Origin: an uncultured archaeon
Lineage (GTDB): Archaea; Asgardarchaeota; Heimdallarchaeia; Heimdallarchaeales; Heimdallarchaeaceae
DNA: 64,000 nt
Direction: 5' to 3'
Assembly (NCBI GenBank): GCA_964534625.1
Contig: CAZHRF010000001.1
Span: 3,562-67,561, forward strand
Shown: positions 32,942 through 42,103 of the stretch, piece after piece
How the letters are laid out: each line of letters starts with the position of its first letter
How positions within the stretch are numbered: position 1 is the stretch's first letter
The notes under the pieces: model-generated
What the model was told of the DNA's origin: nothing
Seen by the model: the letters and a program-made list of their open reading frames with translations, nothing else
Database searches by the model: none
Translations under genes and position numbers: made by a program

Positions 32942-33303
32942 TGGATTGCGTTTGTACCATAAAATCTGATTTAATGGATATTGTCAATTTAGAAGATGTC
33001 AATGCAGCATTATTATTTAGAATAGATGGCAATGTGATTAGATCCTGTTTTAAATCAGAGTATGAACAAACACTAGTCCATATTCTTCAATGGTGTAAAG
33101 CGAATGTAAAAAAAGTTTCTGGAGAAATGAAAGACAATAATCTTGAGAAAGTGACCTATGAGCTAAGTAATGCTTGTATAATTTTTAATCTGGTTAATGA
33201 TGTCTGTTTACTCACGACAATTGCAAAATCAGATGTTAATGATACATTATTATCTATTGAATCAAAAAGGAAATCAATAGACATTGCAAAAAAGATGGGG
33301 TGA
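32941..33303 (+). CDS. Roadblock/LC7 domain protein
   Basis: 120 aa with VNAALLFRIDGNVIRS ... ACIIFNLVNDVCLLTTIAKSDVNDTLL. The start overlaps the upstream stop (TAATG). Confidence 0.55.
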   Translation: MDCVCTIKSDLMDIVNLEDVNAALLFRIDGNVIRSCFKSEYEQTLVHILQWCKANVKKVSGEMKDNNLEKVTYELSNACIIFNLVNDVCLLTTIAKSDVNDTLLSIESKRKSIDIAKKMG

Positions 33304-34619
33304 TTATCATTCAGATAAGTTCAAATACATTTTCTCATCGAAGCATGGATAAAATAATAGCAGATATTAAAAAAGAAATAATTGGAGATATAAATGGAAA
33401 ACCCGATTTTTTATTACTAGCTTTCACAACAGGATATAAAGTCCAAGAATATAAGAAAGCACTATCAATAATAAAAAATGAGAGTGGGGCTAAAAATATC
33501 ATTGGAGGGACTTTTCCAGGTGTTACAACATCAAACAGTAATCCAACGACCCAAGGTGCCTCTATCATGGCGATAAAATCAAATGATATTCACTTTGATG
33601 ATCTTATTTCTTATTCGAATGTTAGAGTCAAACAGAAACATATTATTGGAGAATTTAATGAATTATACAGAAATAACAACAGAAAATCAAAGGTTGGATT
33701 TGCAATTTCAGCTGGACCAACATTAGAAAAAAAGGCTATGAAACAAATGAAAGTATTAGATACTTTCTTTGCACAAAAGTTTAAAAGGATATTTAATGCT
33801 TTGGGAAAAGTTATTGAAAAAAGCATGGGAAGAAAAGGTTTTGGAACAAATGGATATATTGATACTATAATATATGAACTGGCAAAAAACAATTTTAACC
33901 ACTTAATTGGGGGAGCAACAGTAGATTTAAACTTAGATTCTATTAACTATCAATTTTTCAATCAAGAACTTATGAAAAATGCCTTTGTTGGGACTATTAT
34001 CTCATCAGATAAATACAGATTTGGGCAAAACTGGACATTTGACATGTCAAAAAGAACAAATACTTACAGAATCAATGATTATTTAAAATCGGGTTATTTA
34101 CAAAAAATTAATGATAAAAAAGCCAGTCAAGCATATCTTGATTTAATTGGAATGGAGAGGGATTTTTATAATGATGTTTTTGAGAGCTATTCTTATACAA
34201 ATCTATTATATCTGTCTGCTTTTAAGGAAAAAAAGGGTAATTATTTACCATTTTTAACAATAAATCATCCTTCTTTAGACGGGATAATTTCTTCAATTAC
34301 AAAAAATCAATTTAAGAAAAATAATTTTGATGCTAAATTATTTACACAATCAGGTAAAGGCATCAAAAAATCTGCTGCAAACTGTGCTTCAAGAGCAAAA
34401 GCTGGGCTCAAAACCCTAAAATTAGGTCTATTCATAAATTGTTCTAACAGATTACTAATAGCGGGAGATAAAATTTATGAAGAAAATAAAGCGATCAAAG
34501 ACGTTCTGGGTACCGATGTACCATTTATGACTTTATACACAGGTGGAGAATTCGCCATAATAAATGGAAAACCAATTAACTCAACTGTTTCTGTACATGG
34601 TTTAATCATTGGTAAATAA
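33300..34619 (+). CDS. FIST-like sensor domain protein
   Basis: 439 aa. The N-terminal PDFLLLAFTTGY...NIIGGTFPGVTTS and the C-terminal LYTGGEFAIINGKP...NSTVSVHGLIIG match FIST_N/FIST_C patterns as I remember them. The GTG start overlaps the upstream TGA (GTGA). An alternative ATG lies at 33345. Confidence 0.5.
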   Translation: MIIIQISSNTFSHRSMDKIIADIKKEIIGDINGKPDFLLLAFTTGYKVQEYKKALSIIKNESGAKNIIGGTFPGVTTSNSNPTTQGASIMAIKSNDIHFDDLISYSNVRVKQKHIIGEFNELYRNNNRKSKVGFAISAGPTLEKKAMKQMKVLDTFFAQKFKRIFNALGKVIEKSMGRKGFGTNGYIDTIIYELAKNNFNHLIGGATVDLNLDSINYQFFNQELMKNAFVGTIISSDKYRFGQNWTFDMSKRTNTYRINDYLKSGYLQKINDKKASQAYLDLIGMERDFYNDVFESYSYTNLLYLSAFKEKKGNYLPFLTINHPSLDGIISSITKNQFKKNNFDAKLFTQSGKGIKKSAANCASRAKAGLKTLKLGLFINCSNRLLIAGDKIYEENKAIKDVLGTDVPFMTLYTGGEFAIINGKPINSTVSVHGLIIGK

Positions 34620-34651
34620 AATTTGTGGAGTTTTAAAAGAATAATGGAGTA

Positions 34652-35257
34652 ATGAACATGATGATGACACATATCAATTCAAATCAATATGGCAAGGCTG
34701 ATGTTTTAAAGATTGCATTGCTTGGATTAGGTTCGGTAGGAAAAACTACGATAACAAAAAGATATACAGGAGATATTACGGACCTAGGAAATATCTCAAT
34801 GACAAAGGGTGTAGATATTTCAATTAAAAGACTTTTTTATAAAAATAAACCTATCGTTATCCAAATTTGGGATTTTGCGGGACAAAAACAATTTAAGTTT
34901 ATGCTTGATATTTTTTTGAAAGGTGTAAAAGGAATACTTTATGTCTATGATATAACAGATATTGAAACATTGTTTGATTTGGATGAGTTCGTTCTTTTAG
35001 CAAGAAACTTTTTGAAAGATAATGGTCTTCAAAGTATACCCGAAGTATTGGTTGGTAACAAAATTGATCTTGGTGAAAGTGAGATAAACATGAACGATAT
35101 TAACTATTTTCTTGCTGAACATAATATCTCAAAACATTACTTAACAAGTGGACTATATGCAACTAGTGTTTCAGAACCTTTCACATACATCATATCAAAA
35201 ATCCAAAATAAAGAATCAGATAAAAAACTGTTAAGTGTATTAAAATCAAGAGATTAA
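34652..35257 (+). CDS. Ras-superfamily (Rab/Ras-like) small GTPase
   Basis: 201 aa with G1 GLGSVGKTT, a switch I Thr (SMTKGVD), G3 WDFAGQ and G4 GNKIDL. Confidence 0.8.
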   Translation: MNMMMTHINSNQYGKADVLKIALLGLGSVGKTTITKRYTGDITDLGNISMTKGVDISIKRLFYKNKPIVIQIWDFAGQKQFKFMLDIFLKGVKGILYVYDITDIETLFDLDEFVLLARNFLKDNGLQSIPEVLVGNKIDLGESEINMNDINYFLAEHNISKHYLTSGLYATSVSEPFTYIISKIQNKESDKKLLSVLKSRD

Positions 35258-35267
35258 GGTAAACAAG

Positions 35268-35576
35268 ATGGAAGATAAATATATAAAGAAAACTTTCACC
35301 TGTGATTGTTGTGGTCAAAAATTGCTATTCAAAATTGAGAAGAATAAGTTAGAGGAAATATCTAGAAGTCAATTAATGAATTTTGTGATCATGCATGCAG
35401 ATGATCACACGCTCATTCTATCATTAGATGCTAGGGGTGAAATCCGACGAAAAAAAGTGGCAACTATCGGTGAGGTAGAAAATAACAGTTTAAATCAATC
35501 TTATCAAAAAATCAAGGCAATTTCGGAAGCAAAAAATCTCACTGAAGCCTTTAACATCTGGCTAAAGAACTGCTGA
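35268..35576 (+). CDS. hypothetical small protein with an N-terminal CDCCG motif
   Basis: 102 aa, starting 10 nt after the GTPase stop. I recognised no family. Confidence 0.35.
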   Translation: MEDKYIKKTFTCDCCGQKLLFKIEKNKLEEISRSQLMNFVIMHADDHTLILSLDARGEIRRKKVATIGEVENNSLNQSYQKIKAISEAKNLTEAFNIWLKNC

Positions 35577-35605
35577 AATAAAAAAAAATAAAAAATAAAG
35601 AAGTA

Positions 35606-36889
35606 TTATTTTGGTGTTAAGTCTATCACTGTTCCAACTGCAACAGTCTGACCCATATCTCTAACGGCAAATCGACCTAATTGAGGAATTTCTTGGAATT
35701 TCTCAATAACCATATCCCTAGTAGGTATGAACTTAACCTTTGCAGATTCACCATTTTTTAAGAACTGTGGGTTTTTTTCCACTCCGTCTTTACCTCTCTT
35801 CTCTAACAACTCTGCAAATCTTACAGCTATTTGTGCCGTACCCGCATGGATAACGGGAGTATAGCCTTGTGCTATTACAGAAGGATGGCGAATTACAATT
35901 ACCTGTGCAGTAAAATCTTTGACTACTGTTGGTGGATTAGAAGCTGGTCCAACAACATCACCACGGCGAACATCTTTCTTTGATAAACCTTTGCAGCTAA
36001 AACCTACATTGTCACCAGGCATGGCTTCTTGTATGGTTTCGTGGTGCATCTCTATAGACATTACAGCAGCTTCTTTTCCAGTAGGTTGGAAAACCACACG
36101 ATCTTTTGGTTTTAAAACTCCAGTTTCAACACGGCCGACAGGAACAGTTCCAATACCAGTAATTGTATAAACATCTTGTATAGGTAATCTGAGTGGTTTA
36201 TCAATTGGTTTTTCTGGAACTTCAAAGTCATCTAAAGCATCTATTAATGTTGGACCATCATACCATGGTGTGTTTTCGGATTTTTCTCTAAGATTATCGC
36301 CTTTCATACCACTTACAGGAATGAATTTTACATTATCGATTTTATAACCGAATTTCTGTAGTTCTCGTGACATCTCGCTTTTAATTTCATCATAACGTTC
36401 TTGCTTGTAGTTTGCAAGATCCATTTTATTGACTGCAACAATTATCTGGCTTACACCTAATGTTTTTGCTAACAATGCGTGCTCTCTTGTTTGTCCCGTT
36501 GCACTAATACCAGCTTCAAACTCACCAGTACCGGCACTAACAACAAGTATAGCCGCATCAGCTTGAGATGTACCCGTAATCATGTTTTTTACGAAATCAC
36601 GATGTCCTGGAGCATCAATTATAGTGAAATAATACTTTCGAGTAGAGAATTTATAGAAAGCCAAATCGATGGTAACGCCTCTTTCTCGTTCTTCTTTAAG
36701 CTTGTCTAAAACCCAAGCAAATTTGAAGCTACCTCGACCGATCAATTCTGCTTCTTTCTCAAACTTTTGGATCTCACGATCACTAATGCTTCCACATAGA
36801 TAGAGTAAATGTCCTGTCATAGTGGACTTACCATGATCTACATGACCAATAATTACTAAATTCAAATGATCTAAGTTTTTTGAGCTCAT
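35606..36889 (-). CDS. tuf: translation elongation factor EF-1 alpha
   Basis: 427 aa with [17 protein letters not shown] and NKMD. It is conserved along its whole length. Confidence 0.95.
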   Translation of the reverse strand: MSSKNLDHLNLVIIGHVDHGKSTMTGHLLYLCGSISDREIQKFEKEAELIGRGSFKFAWVLDKLKEERERGVTIDLAFYKFSTRKYYFTIIDAPGHRDFVKNMITGTSQADAAILVVSAGTGEFEAGISATGQTREHALLAKTLGVSQIIVAVNKMDLANYKQERYDEIKSEMSRELQKFGYKIDNVKFIPVSGMKGDNLREKSENTPWYDGPTLIDALDDFEVPEKPIDKPLRLPIQDVYTITGIGTVPVGRVETGVLKPKDRVVFQPTGKEAAVMSIEMHHETIQEAMPGDNVGFSCKGLSKKDVRRGDVVGPASNPPTVVKDFTAQVIVIRHPSVIAQGYTPVIHAGTAQIAVRFAELLEKRGKDGVEKNPQFLKNGESAKVKFIPTRDMVIEKFQEIPQLGRFAVRDMGQTVAVGTVIDLTPK

Positions 36890-37019
36890 TTTTTATACAC
36901 CTTTTCGACATCTTGGACATACGATAGCTCAAGTTGTACTTGAATGGTACCGCTATTTTTATTTTTAAAAGCATTTTGGTTTTGTTGTTTTTTATTATAA
37001 ATGATGTCGTAAAATTGGG

Positions 37020-37400
37020 CTAAGGGGAGGAAAGGGCGTTAAACCAAGTCAGAGCGAGATAACGAGAATCTTCACATGACGAGAAGGAAAAACAAGAGCC
37101 AAGATGAGGGGAGAAGGCGATGATCACGTGGAACTTGTGAGTTATAGGTTGGTGGTTACAGCGAAACAAGAACCTATTTGTTTATATACAACTTGAAATT
37201 ATACCAAATGAAAGGAGCAAGAAGCGTTTTAATACGGTTAGACGGTTCTCTATCAAACATACGTACATCTTCTAGTTTAAAAAGTCCAAACACATGTTTA
37301 ACCGCTGCACGTAATTCAGGATGATTAAGGATATACAAACCAATATGGTGGTGAAACGCCCGCAAAATAAGATCTTGGGAAGAAGCGGTTCCATAGTGAT
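37020..37400 (-). pseudogene. GC-elevated patch with broken reading frames (possible gene remnant or ncRNA)
   Basis: A purine-rich (plus strand) ~160-nt block at 37020..37175 has clearly higher GC than its surroundings. On the minus strand, a 63-aa ORF (37174..37365) and a second 47-codon open frame (HKFHVIIAFSPHLGSC...) lie in different frames. I recognised no family. Confidence 0.25.
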
Positions 37401-37731
37401 ACTAACTTGTTTATTTAAGTTCCTTTACAAAAGTTTTCATACTCAATTATGTAAAATATTTCCTAGATAGTCTCTGTGGAACAAGAAGAATTCAATGAGG
37501 ACACTTGTAAGTTAATTCTGTGTTTTATGTGATCAATAACATCCTCTTGTTTGTTAATGACTAAAAACTCATAATCAAGGGATAACGAAATTTTTGTGAA
37601 GGAACTTTTATTTATTTCTTCGAACAATTTTTGTTGTCATGTTAATTTAGTGACAAAAAATCACACAGTATGCGAAATCTTTAAAATAGTTTTTAAAATG
37701 TTGAAAAATAGAGAAATACAGGTAGATATAT

Positions 37732-38157
37732 ATGATAAAAAAATTACCATGGATTTTCCCGGGCATGAGAAGACCTAATTTTAATTTACACCGGCTTACA
37801 TTTCGTATTCCGACAAAAGTTCCAAATAGTGTACTATATGTGATTATATATACAATAATATTTTATATATACGCTGGTGGAGCTTACAATATTGTTAACA
37901 GAGACACTCTAATTAGCATTGGTAGTTCTGGAAGTCAACCTGTTTTTATACATACCTCGGTTCAAGCTCAATTTTTAATTGAAGGCTTGGTTGCAGGATT
38001 TGTTTTTGCTCTTGCTTCTTTAAGTTTGTATCTGCTGGATTATGCAACGAAATTCGCATTTGATGTAAATACAGCACAAAAAATAGAAGTTTTAGCTGCA
38101 TTACTTTTGACTATATGGTATGTTGTGATCCTTTTAATGTATAATGCAAAAGGCTGA
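37732..38157 (+). CDS. OSTC/DC2-like (OST3/OST6-family) oligosaccharyltransferase accessory membrane protein
   Basis: 141 aa with 3 predicted TM helices. It aligns by eye with the human OSTC sequence as I recall it: YAGGAYNIV vs ITGGIIYDVI, SQPVFI vs QRPVAF, and QFLIEGLVAGFVFALASLSLYLLD vs [24 protein letters not shown]. Confidence 0.55.
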   Translation: MIKKLPWIFPGMRRPNFNLHRLTFRIPTKVPNSVLYVIIYTIIFYIYAGGAYNIVNRDTLISIGSSGSQPVFIHTSVQAQFLIEGLVAGFVFALASLSLYLLDYATKFAFDVNTAQKIEVLAALLLTIWYVVILLMYNAKG

Positions 38158-38589
38158 TTTTAACTCTTCCTATTTATATAACAGAGTTAAATCACATCAG
38201 TTGAATTCCACTTAAGTAGGAACAGAAAAAATCACACAGTAATTTAGTTAAGAGGTATAGAAAAAACAATATAATATCTCCAAAGATGTGCTTGAAGTAT
38301 CGTTTCTACTTACTGAAGTATCTTTTTTGTTTAGTATATATACTGTCTTATACTAATAAATCTTGTATGTCAAAGATCCCTCTAGACTTAATAGTGTTTT
38401 TTAGTTTAACAGAAAAAGTACTTCTTATTATTATCTTTGTTACTAAAATTTTATTGCTTGTTAGTTTAATGTCTATCTCTTATTATTTGACCAAAATAAT
38501 TATATCTAAACATTTCAAAAAATATAATGCAAATTTTTTTAAGAGCTTATTCCTATTGTTTACATCATTAATAATATTATCATATTATT

Positions 38590-39273
38590 TTAATATTTTG
38601 ATGTAATTCTTATCCCTTCTTTTGTGATGAAATATGTAATTTCATCATTTTCACATTTTGCCTTCCATTTATTCTTACTAGGCACTACTTCTGATAAGAA
38701 TATTGTTTTATCCACATAATACTCAAATGCTGCTTTTGCTACGGGTTTATATTCATATTTTGTTTTTGTTCCGCTTATTTGGTTACTTATAACGATGGAT
38801 AGATTTTTGTTTTTTCTGATTTGTTTGAGATATGCAAGTTGCATTGTTATTAGTTTTTGTTTTTTGATAAAATTTGTGTTAAGTATGCTTCTATATTGTG
38901 TTGTTAATCCGTTTATTATTATAAGTTCTATATTTGATTTTGTTAAAAAGTTTTTGAGATTCATAACAATTTGAAGTTGTTTGTGTATGCTCTCAATTGG
39001 CATTAAAATAATATTTTCAAGTATTTCACTTTCGGAGACAATATTATTTAATCTTCTTCCACTAAAATTTGCCTCACAATCCAATACACAAACTCTATCA
39101 ATTTTTTTTATATTTGAACAAATATGATACAAAAATATCCTTTTTCCAGATTTTGGTGGACCTGTTATTTGTGTTATCCCTTCTGGTATTTTTTTGTTCT
39201 TAAATATATCTAAAAACATGATTGTCATTAGTAGTTGGATACTAAAACTTTTTTGGTGGATTTCTATGTACAT
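38590..39273 (-). CDS. RadB/KaiC-like RecA-superfamily protein with deviant Walker A
   Basis: 227 aa with KKIPEGITQITGPPKSGKRIFLYHI, where GPPKSGKR replaces the expected GPPGSGKT, and a RecA-like beta-strand pattern. The start is uncertain (an internal Met lies at 39228). Confidence 0.5.
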   Translation of the reverse strand: MYIEIHQKSFSIQLLMTIMFLDIFKNKKIPEGITQITGPPKSGKRIFLYHICSNIKKIDRVCVLDCEANFSGRRLNNIVSESEILENIILMPIESIHKQLQIVMNLKNFLTKSNIELIIINGLTTQYRSILNTNFIKKQKLITMQLAYLKQIRKNKNLSIVISNQISGTKTKYEYKPVAKAAFEYYVDKTIFLSEVVPSKNKWKAKCENDEITYFITKEGIRITSKY

Positions 39274-39286
39274 TTTTTATTTAGAA

Positions 39287-39385
39287 TGGAGCCTCGAGGG
39301 GGAGTTGAACCCCCGACCTCTACCTTTTTGGAATCCATTTCGGATCTTACCAAGGTAGCGCATCTACCTACTGAGCTACCGAGGC
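39287..39385 (-). tRNA. tRNA-Thr(GGU) with a 22-nt canonical intron (39326..39347), CCA encoded
   Basis: Acceptor GCCTCGG/TCGAGGC, anticodon stem CTACC/GGTAG and T arm GGGGG-TTCAACT-CCCCC. The BHB is textbook: a 4-bp TTGG/CCAA central helix, bulges TAA and AAA, and an inner helix GATCC/GGATT. The D-stem 3' strand reads GATGC, one extra T relative to GAGC. Confidence 0.85.
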
Positions 39386-39526
39386 TTTCTTGAAATCTAC
39401 TTATTATTTCGTTTTTAAACGTTCCGTTTTTATCTATTTCCATACTCTTCAATAAAATCCTCAGAAGGCGAAAAGTCTAAATATAGTTTCATTTATTGGC
39501 AGTTAAATCAGTAACAGTGAATAATT

Positions 39527-40549
39527 ATGGGTAAAAAAGCGATTATATGGTTTCTGTTATTTTCATCATTGTTTATTGGTAACTTAGTACAAGTTCATGG
39601 GGCGAATTCTGACGAATATATAGTACTATTTGATGAATCTCACGGACAGTATTTCAATAGTACAAGAATGGAAACAGCTCTAAGTTATCTTAGTGAGAGT
39701 GATAATGTGAATGTTACTATTCTAACCCAAAATAATGGCTTTAACTCCACAAATCTCCAAGGTATAGACTTGTTAATTATAGCTAATCCTGGATCCTATG
39801 ATAATTATAATTTGTCTTCAAGTGAAGTAGAATCTATCTTAGATTTTGTTGAACTAGGTGGCTCGTTATTTTTATTAACTAACCCCCTAAGTCATGATTC
39901 AAACATAACTGGAAATCCAAGAACATTCAACAATGATTTATTGAGCGCTAGAAATAATTTTTTGACGCCCGCAGATTTTGATGAAAAGAATGGATTCCCA
40001 TCCGTAATATCTAATGATTTTATTGCTCCTTTACAAAATGAGAGTTATCTTTTACTGAATAATTTTGAAAGTGATTCTCATGAAATATTCAAAGAAGGAT
40101 CAATAGATGAAGTGTTTTTGTACTCTTCTCCAATATCTATGAATGGAGAACTCGATTCAAGTTCTATTGGACTTGTTCCTAAATCTTCTTATTCAATTTA
40201 CTATGATAATACTTACAATTTCCCTTTCGACTCCTTAACTTGGTTTTTAGCAAAGGAAATCGGTGAAGCAAGACTAGTTTTATCTGGTTCATCAATTATG
40301 TTTAGTGATTTAGATTCTATTTTTAATAACACAAAGTGTATTGAAACTGCGAATAATAAACAATTATGGAAAAACACTGTTTTTTGGTTACTTGGTATTG
40401 ATCTTTTAGAAGAAGAAGTAAAGATAGTCATTCCTACTTTTCAATATTTGACATTTTCGGTAATCGGTACGTCTATTGTCGTTCTTATAATGTCTTTACT
40501 TCTGTATAAATTTAAATTGGAAAAAACAAAGCCCATTGACTTAAAGTAG
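39527..40549 (+). CDS. secreted, C-terminally membrane-anchored glycoprotein candidate
   Basis: 340 aa with a signal peptide (MGKKAIIWFLLFSSLFIGNLVQVHG) and a C-terminal TM helix. I count seven N-x-S/T sequons. The family is not recognised with confidence. Confidence 0.5.
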   Translation: MGKKAIIWFLLFSSLFIGNLVQVHGANSDEYIVLFDESHGQYFNSTRMETALSYLSESDNVNVTILTQNNGFNSTNLQGIDLLIIANPGSYDNYNLSSSEVESILDFVELGGSLFLLTNPLSHDSNITGNPRTFNNDLLSARNNFLTPADFDEKNGFPSVISNDFIAPLQNESYLLLNNFESDSHEIFKEGSIDEVFLYSSPISMNGELDSSSIGLVPKSSYSIYYDNTYNFPFDSLTWFLAKEIGEARLVLSGSSIMFSDLDSIFNNTKCIETANNKQLWKNTVFWLLGIDLLEEEVKIVIPTFQYLTFSVIGTSIVVLIMSLLLYKFKLEKTKPIDLK

Positions 40550-40772
40550 TTTTTTTCTTTTTGTCTTTATTCCTAATCTTTTAACTGGATGTTTTTATAA
40601 ATTCTGTTTTAGTTCATTAAAAACACAGTCAGTCCATAGACAATTTATTATATTCAGCCTAAAGTGGATTTAATTATTTACAAAACAAGACGATAACATG
40701 TTTTCAATTGAATTCCTAGTTTAGTTAGCGTTTTTTTTGGGGTATATATAATTCTCTCTCATTAGATTAATA

Positions 40773-42086
40773 ATGAGCAATAATAAAGAGAATCAAAGAA
40801 GAACAGATTTCTTATCTGTCTTAAAGAGAGGAGAACATAGAAAACTAATACTTTTGATTGAATCGTTGTTAGATGGTAGTTTGAAAGCGTGTGATTTTCG
40901 ATTAGTTGTATCGCAATATTCACCGAAAACTGCGACAACACTATTTAGGGATATGTTACCTCGTTTTTCCTCTGATTTAAAAAAGAAATTGGGCATTATT
41001 TTTGAAAGGTTCTTTTTTTGTAATTCAAAAAAAAATGTTAAAACACTTTGGAAACTCGTTAACCATAGTACTTTTTGGACTGATTTGAAGAATTTTCATG
41101 ATTACTCAACAAAAAATATAATTGACTATGGTGACATCAAATCCTTTTTGTCGCAAGCTTATAATAATTGTACTTATAAGCGGCCTTTAACTTATGTTCA
41201 ACGTAAGCTAGTAGAATCACTTGAAAAAAGTCCTACTCTCACTTATAGTAAGATATCTGAAGAAATCCAAGTTTCAAAGAAGAAGCTTTCTTTTGAAGTT
41301 AAAAATCTAAGAAATAGAGGTATATTTTTGGGAAGTTTTATTGATTATCGTAGTCTAGGTTTTTTTGAATATTTTACGTTCAATGAAGCATTAAAAGGCA
41401 TTGATTCTATTTTACTGAAGAAAACTTATACCCTCTTTCCGAATTTTATATTGAACCAATTTGTGTGTAATAAATTACCTAAAGATACTTGTTATTACGC
41501 TATTGATAAAAAAGTTGTTATAAGTAATTCTGTCTTATTATCTAATAATATTAATTTTGACCAATGTAAATCTGGTCTGCGTTTGAATCCTCCTGGTCGT
41601 ATTACGTTCTCTGAAAACCAAGACATCGTTTGTAATTTGAACGTTGACAAACCCTATGGATTGGATCTGGTAGAGAATTGCAAAATAGATTTTCGGCATC
41701 CTGATTTCCAGTCTATTGCGAGTCGTTATGATGTTTCTATTAGGACATTGATCAGAATGAAAAAAATGCTTATAAAAAACAAAGTCGTTCAACCACACAT
41801 AAGTATTAAGGATAAATCACTAAGTAAAATTGTGTTTCTTTCGCAACAAGAGATTCCTTTCTTATATAATAAACTTCCTTATATTGAGGCTTATAAATTA
41901 AATTCAGGAAACAATGAGTCTCTTTGGCTTAGTATGGCTTTGATCCTCCCACATGACATTGGTCCTTTGCATAACTTTTTTAGAAAAAAGTCTGAAATGT
42001 TTATTGTTACCGAAGAAAAAGTTAGCAAAATATCAGCTATTGACGGAATTTCTTATAACAATTATCATAAAACTTATACAAAATAA
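40773..42086 (+). CDS. protein with multiple HTH/winged-helix modules
   Basis: 437 aa with AsnC/Lrp-type HTH-like segments (LTYSKISEEIQVSKKKLSFEVKNLRNRGIF; IASRYDVSIRTLIRMKKMLIKNKVV). Confidence 0.4.
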   Translation: MSNNKENQRRTDFLSVLKRGEHRKLILLIESLLDGSLKACDFRLVVSQYSPKTATTLFRDMLPRFSSDLKKKLGIIFERFFFCNSKKNVKTLWKLVNHSTFWTDLKNFHDYSTKNIIDYGDIKSFLSQAYNNCTYKRPLTYVQRKLVESLEKSPTLTYSKISEEIQVSKKKLSFEVKNLRNRGIFLGSFIDYRSLGFFEYFTFNEALKGIDSILLKKTYTLFPNFILNQFVCNKLPKDTCYYAIDKKVVISNSVLLSNNINFDQCKSGLRLNPPGRITFSENQDIVCNLNVDKPYGLDLVENCKIDFRHPDFQSIASRYDVSIRTLIRMKKMLIKNKVVQPHISIKDKSLSKIVFLSQQEIPFLYNKLPYIEAYKLNSGNNESLWLSMALILPHDIGPLHNFFRKKSEMFIVTEEKVSKISAIDGISYNNYHKTYTK

Positions 42087-42103
42087 AAAGGATTGTATAT
42101 TGT

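Noticed and set aside
38286-38606. 106-aa plus-strand ORF.
   Set aside because: It is an extremely hydrophobic, low-complexity, Leu/Ile/Phe/Tyr-rich translation in an AT-rich spacer, with its end overlapping the RadB-like gene. There is no motif, so it is probably not a gene.
39264-39452. 62-aa ORF on the minus strand.
   Set aside because: It runs through the tRNA-Thr gene and is therefore spurious. The same applies to 55238..55507(+), which runs through tRNA-Leu.
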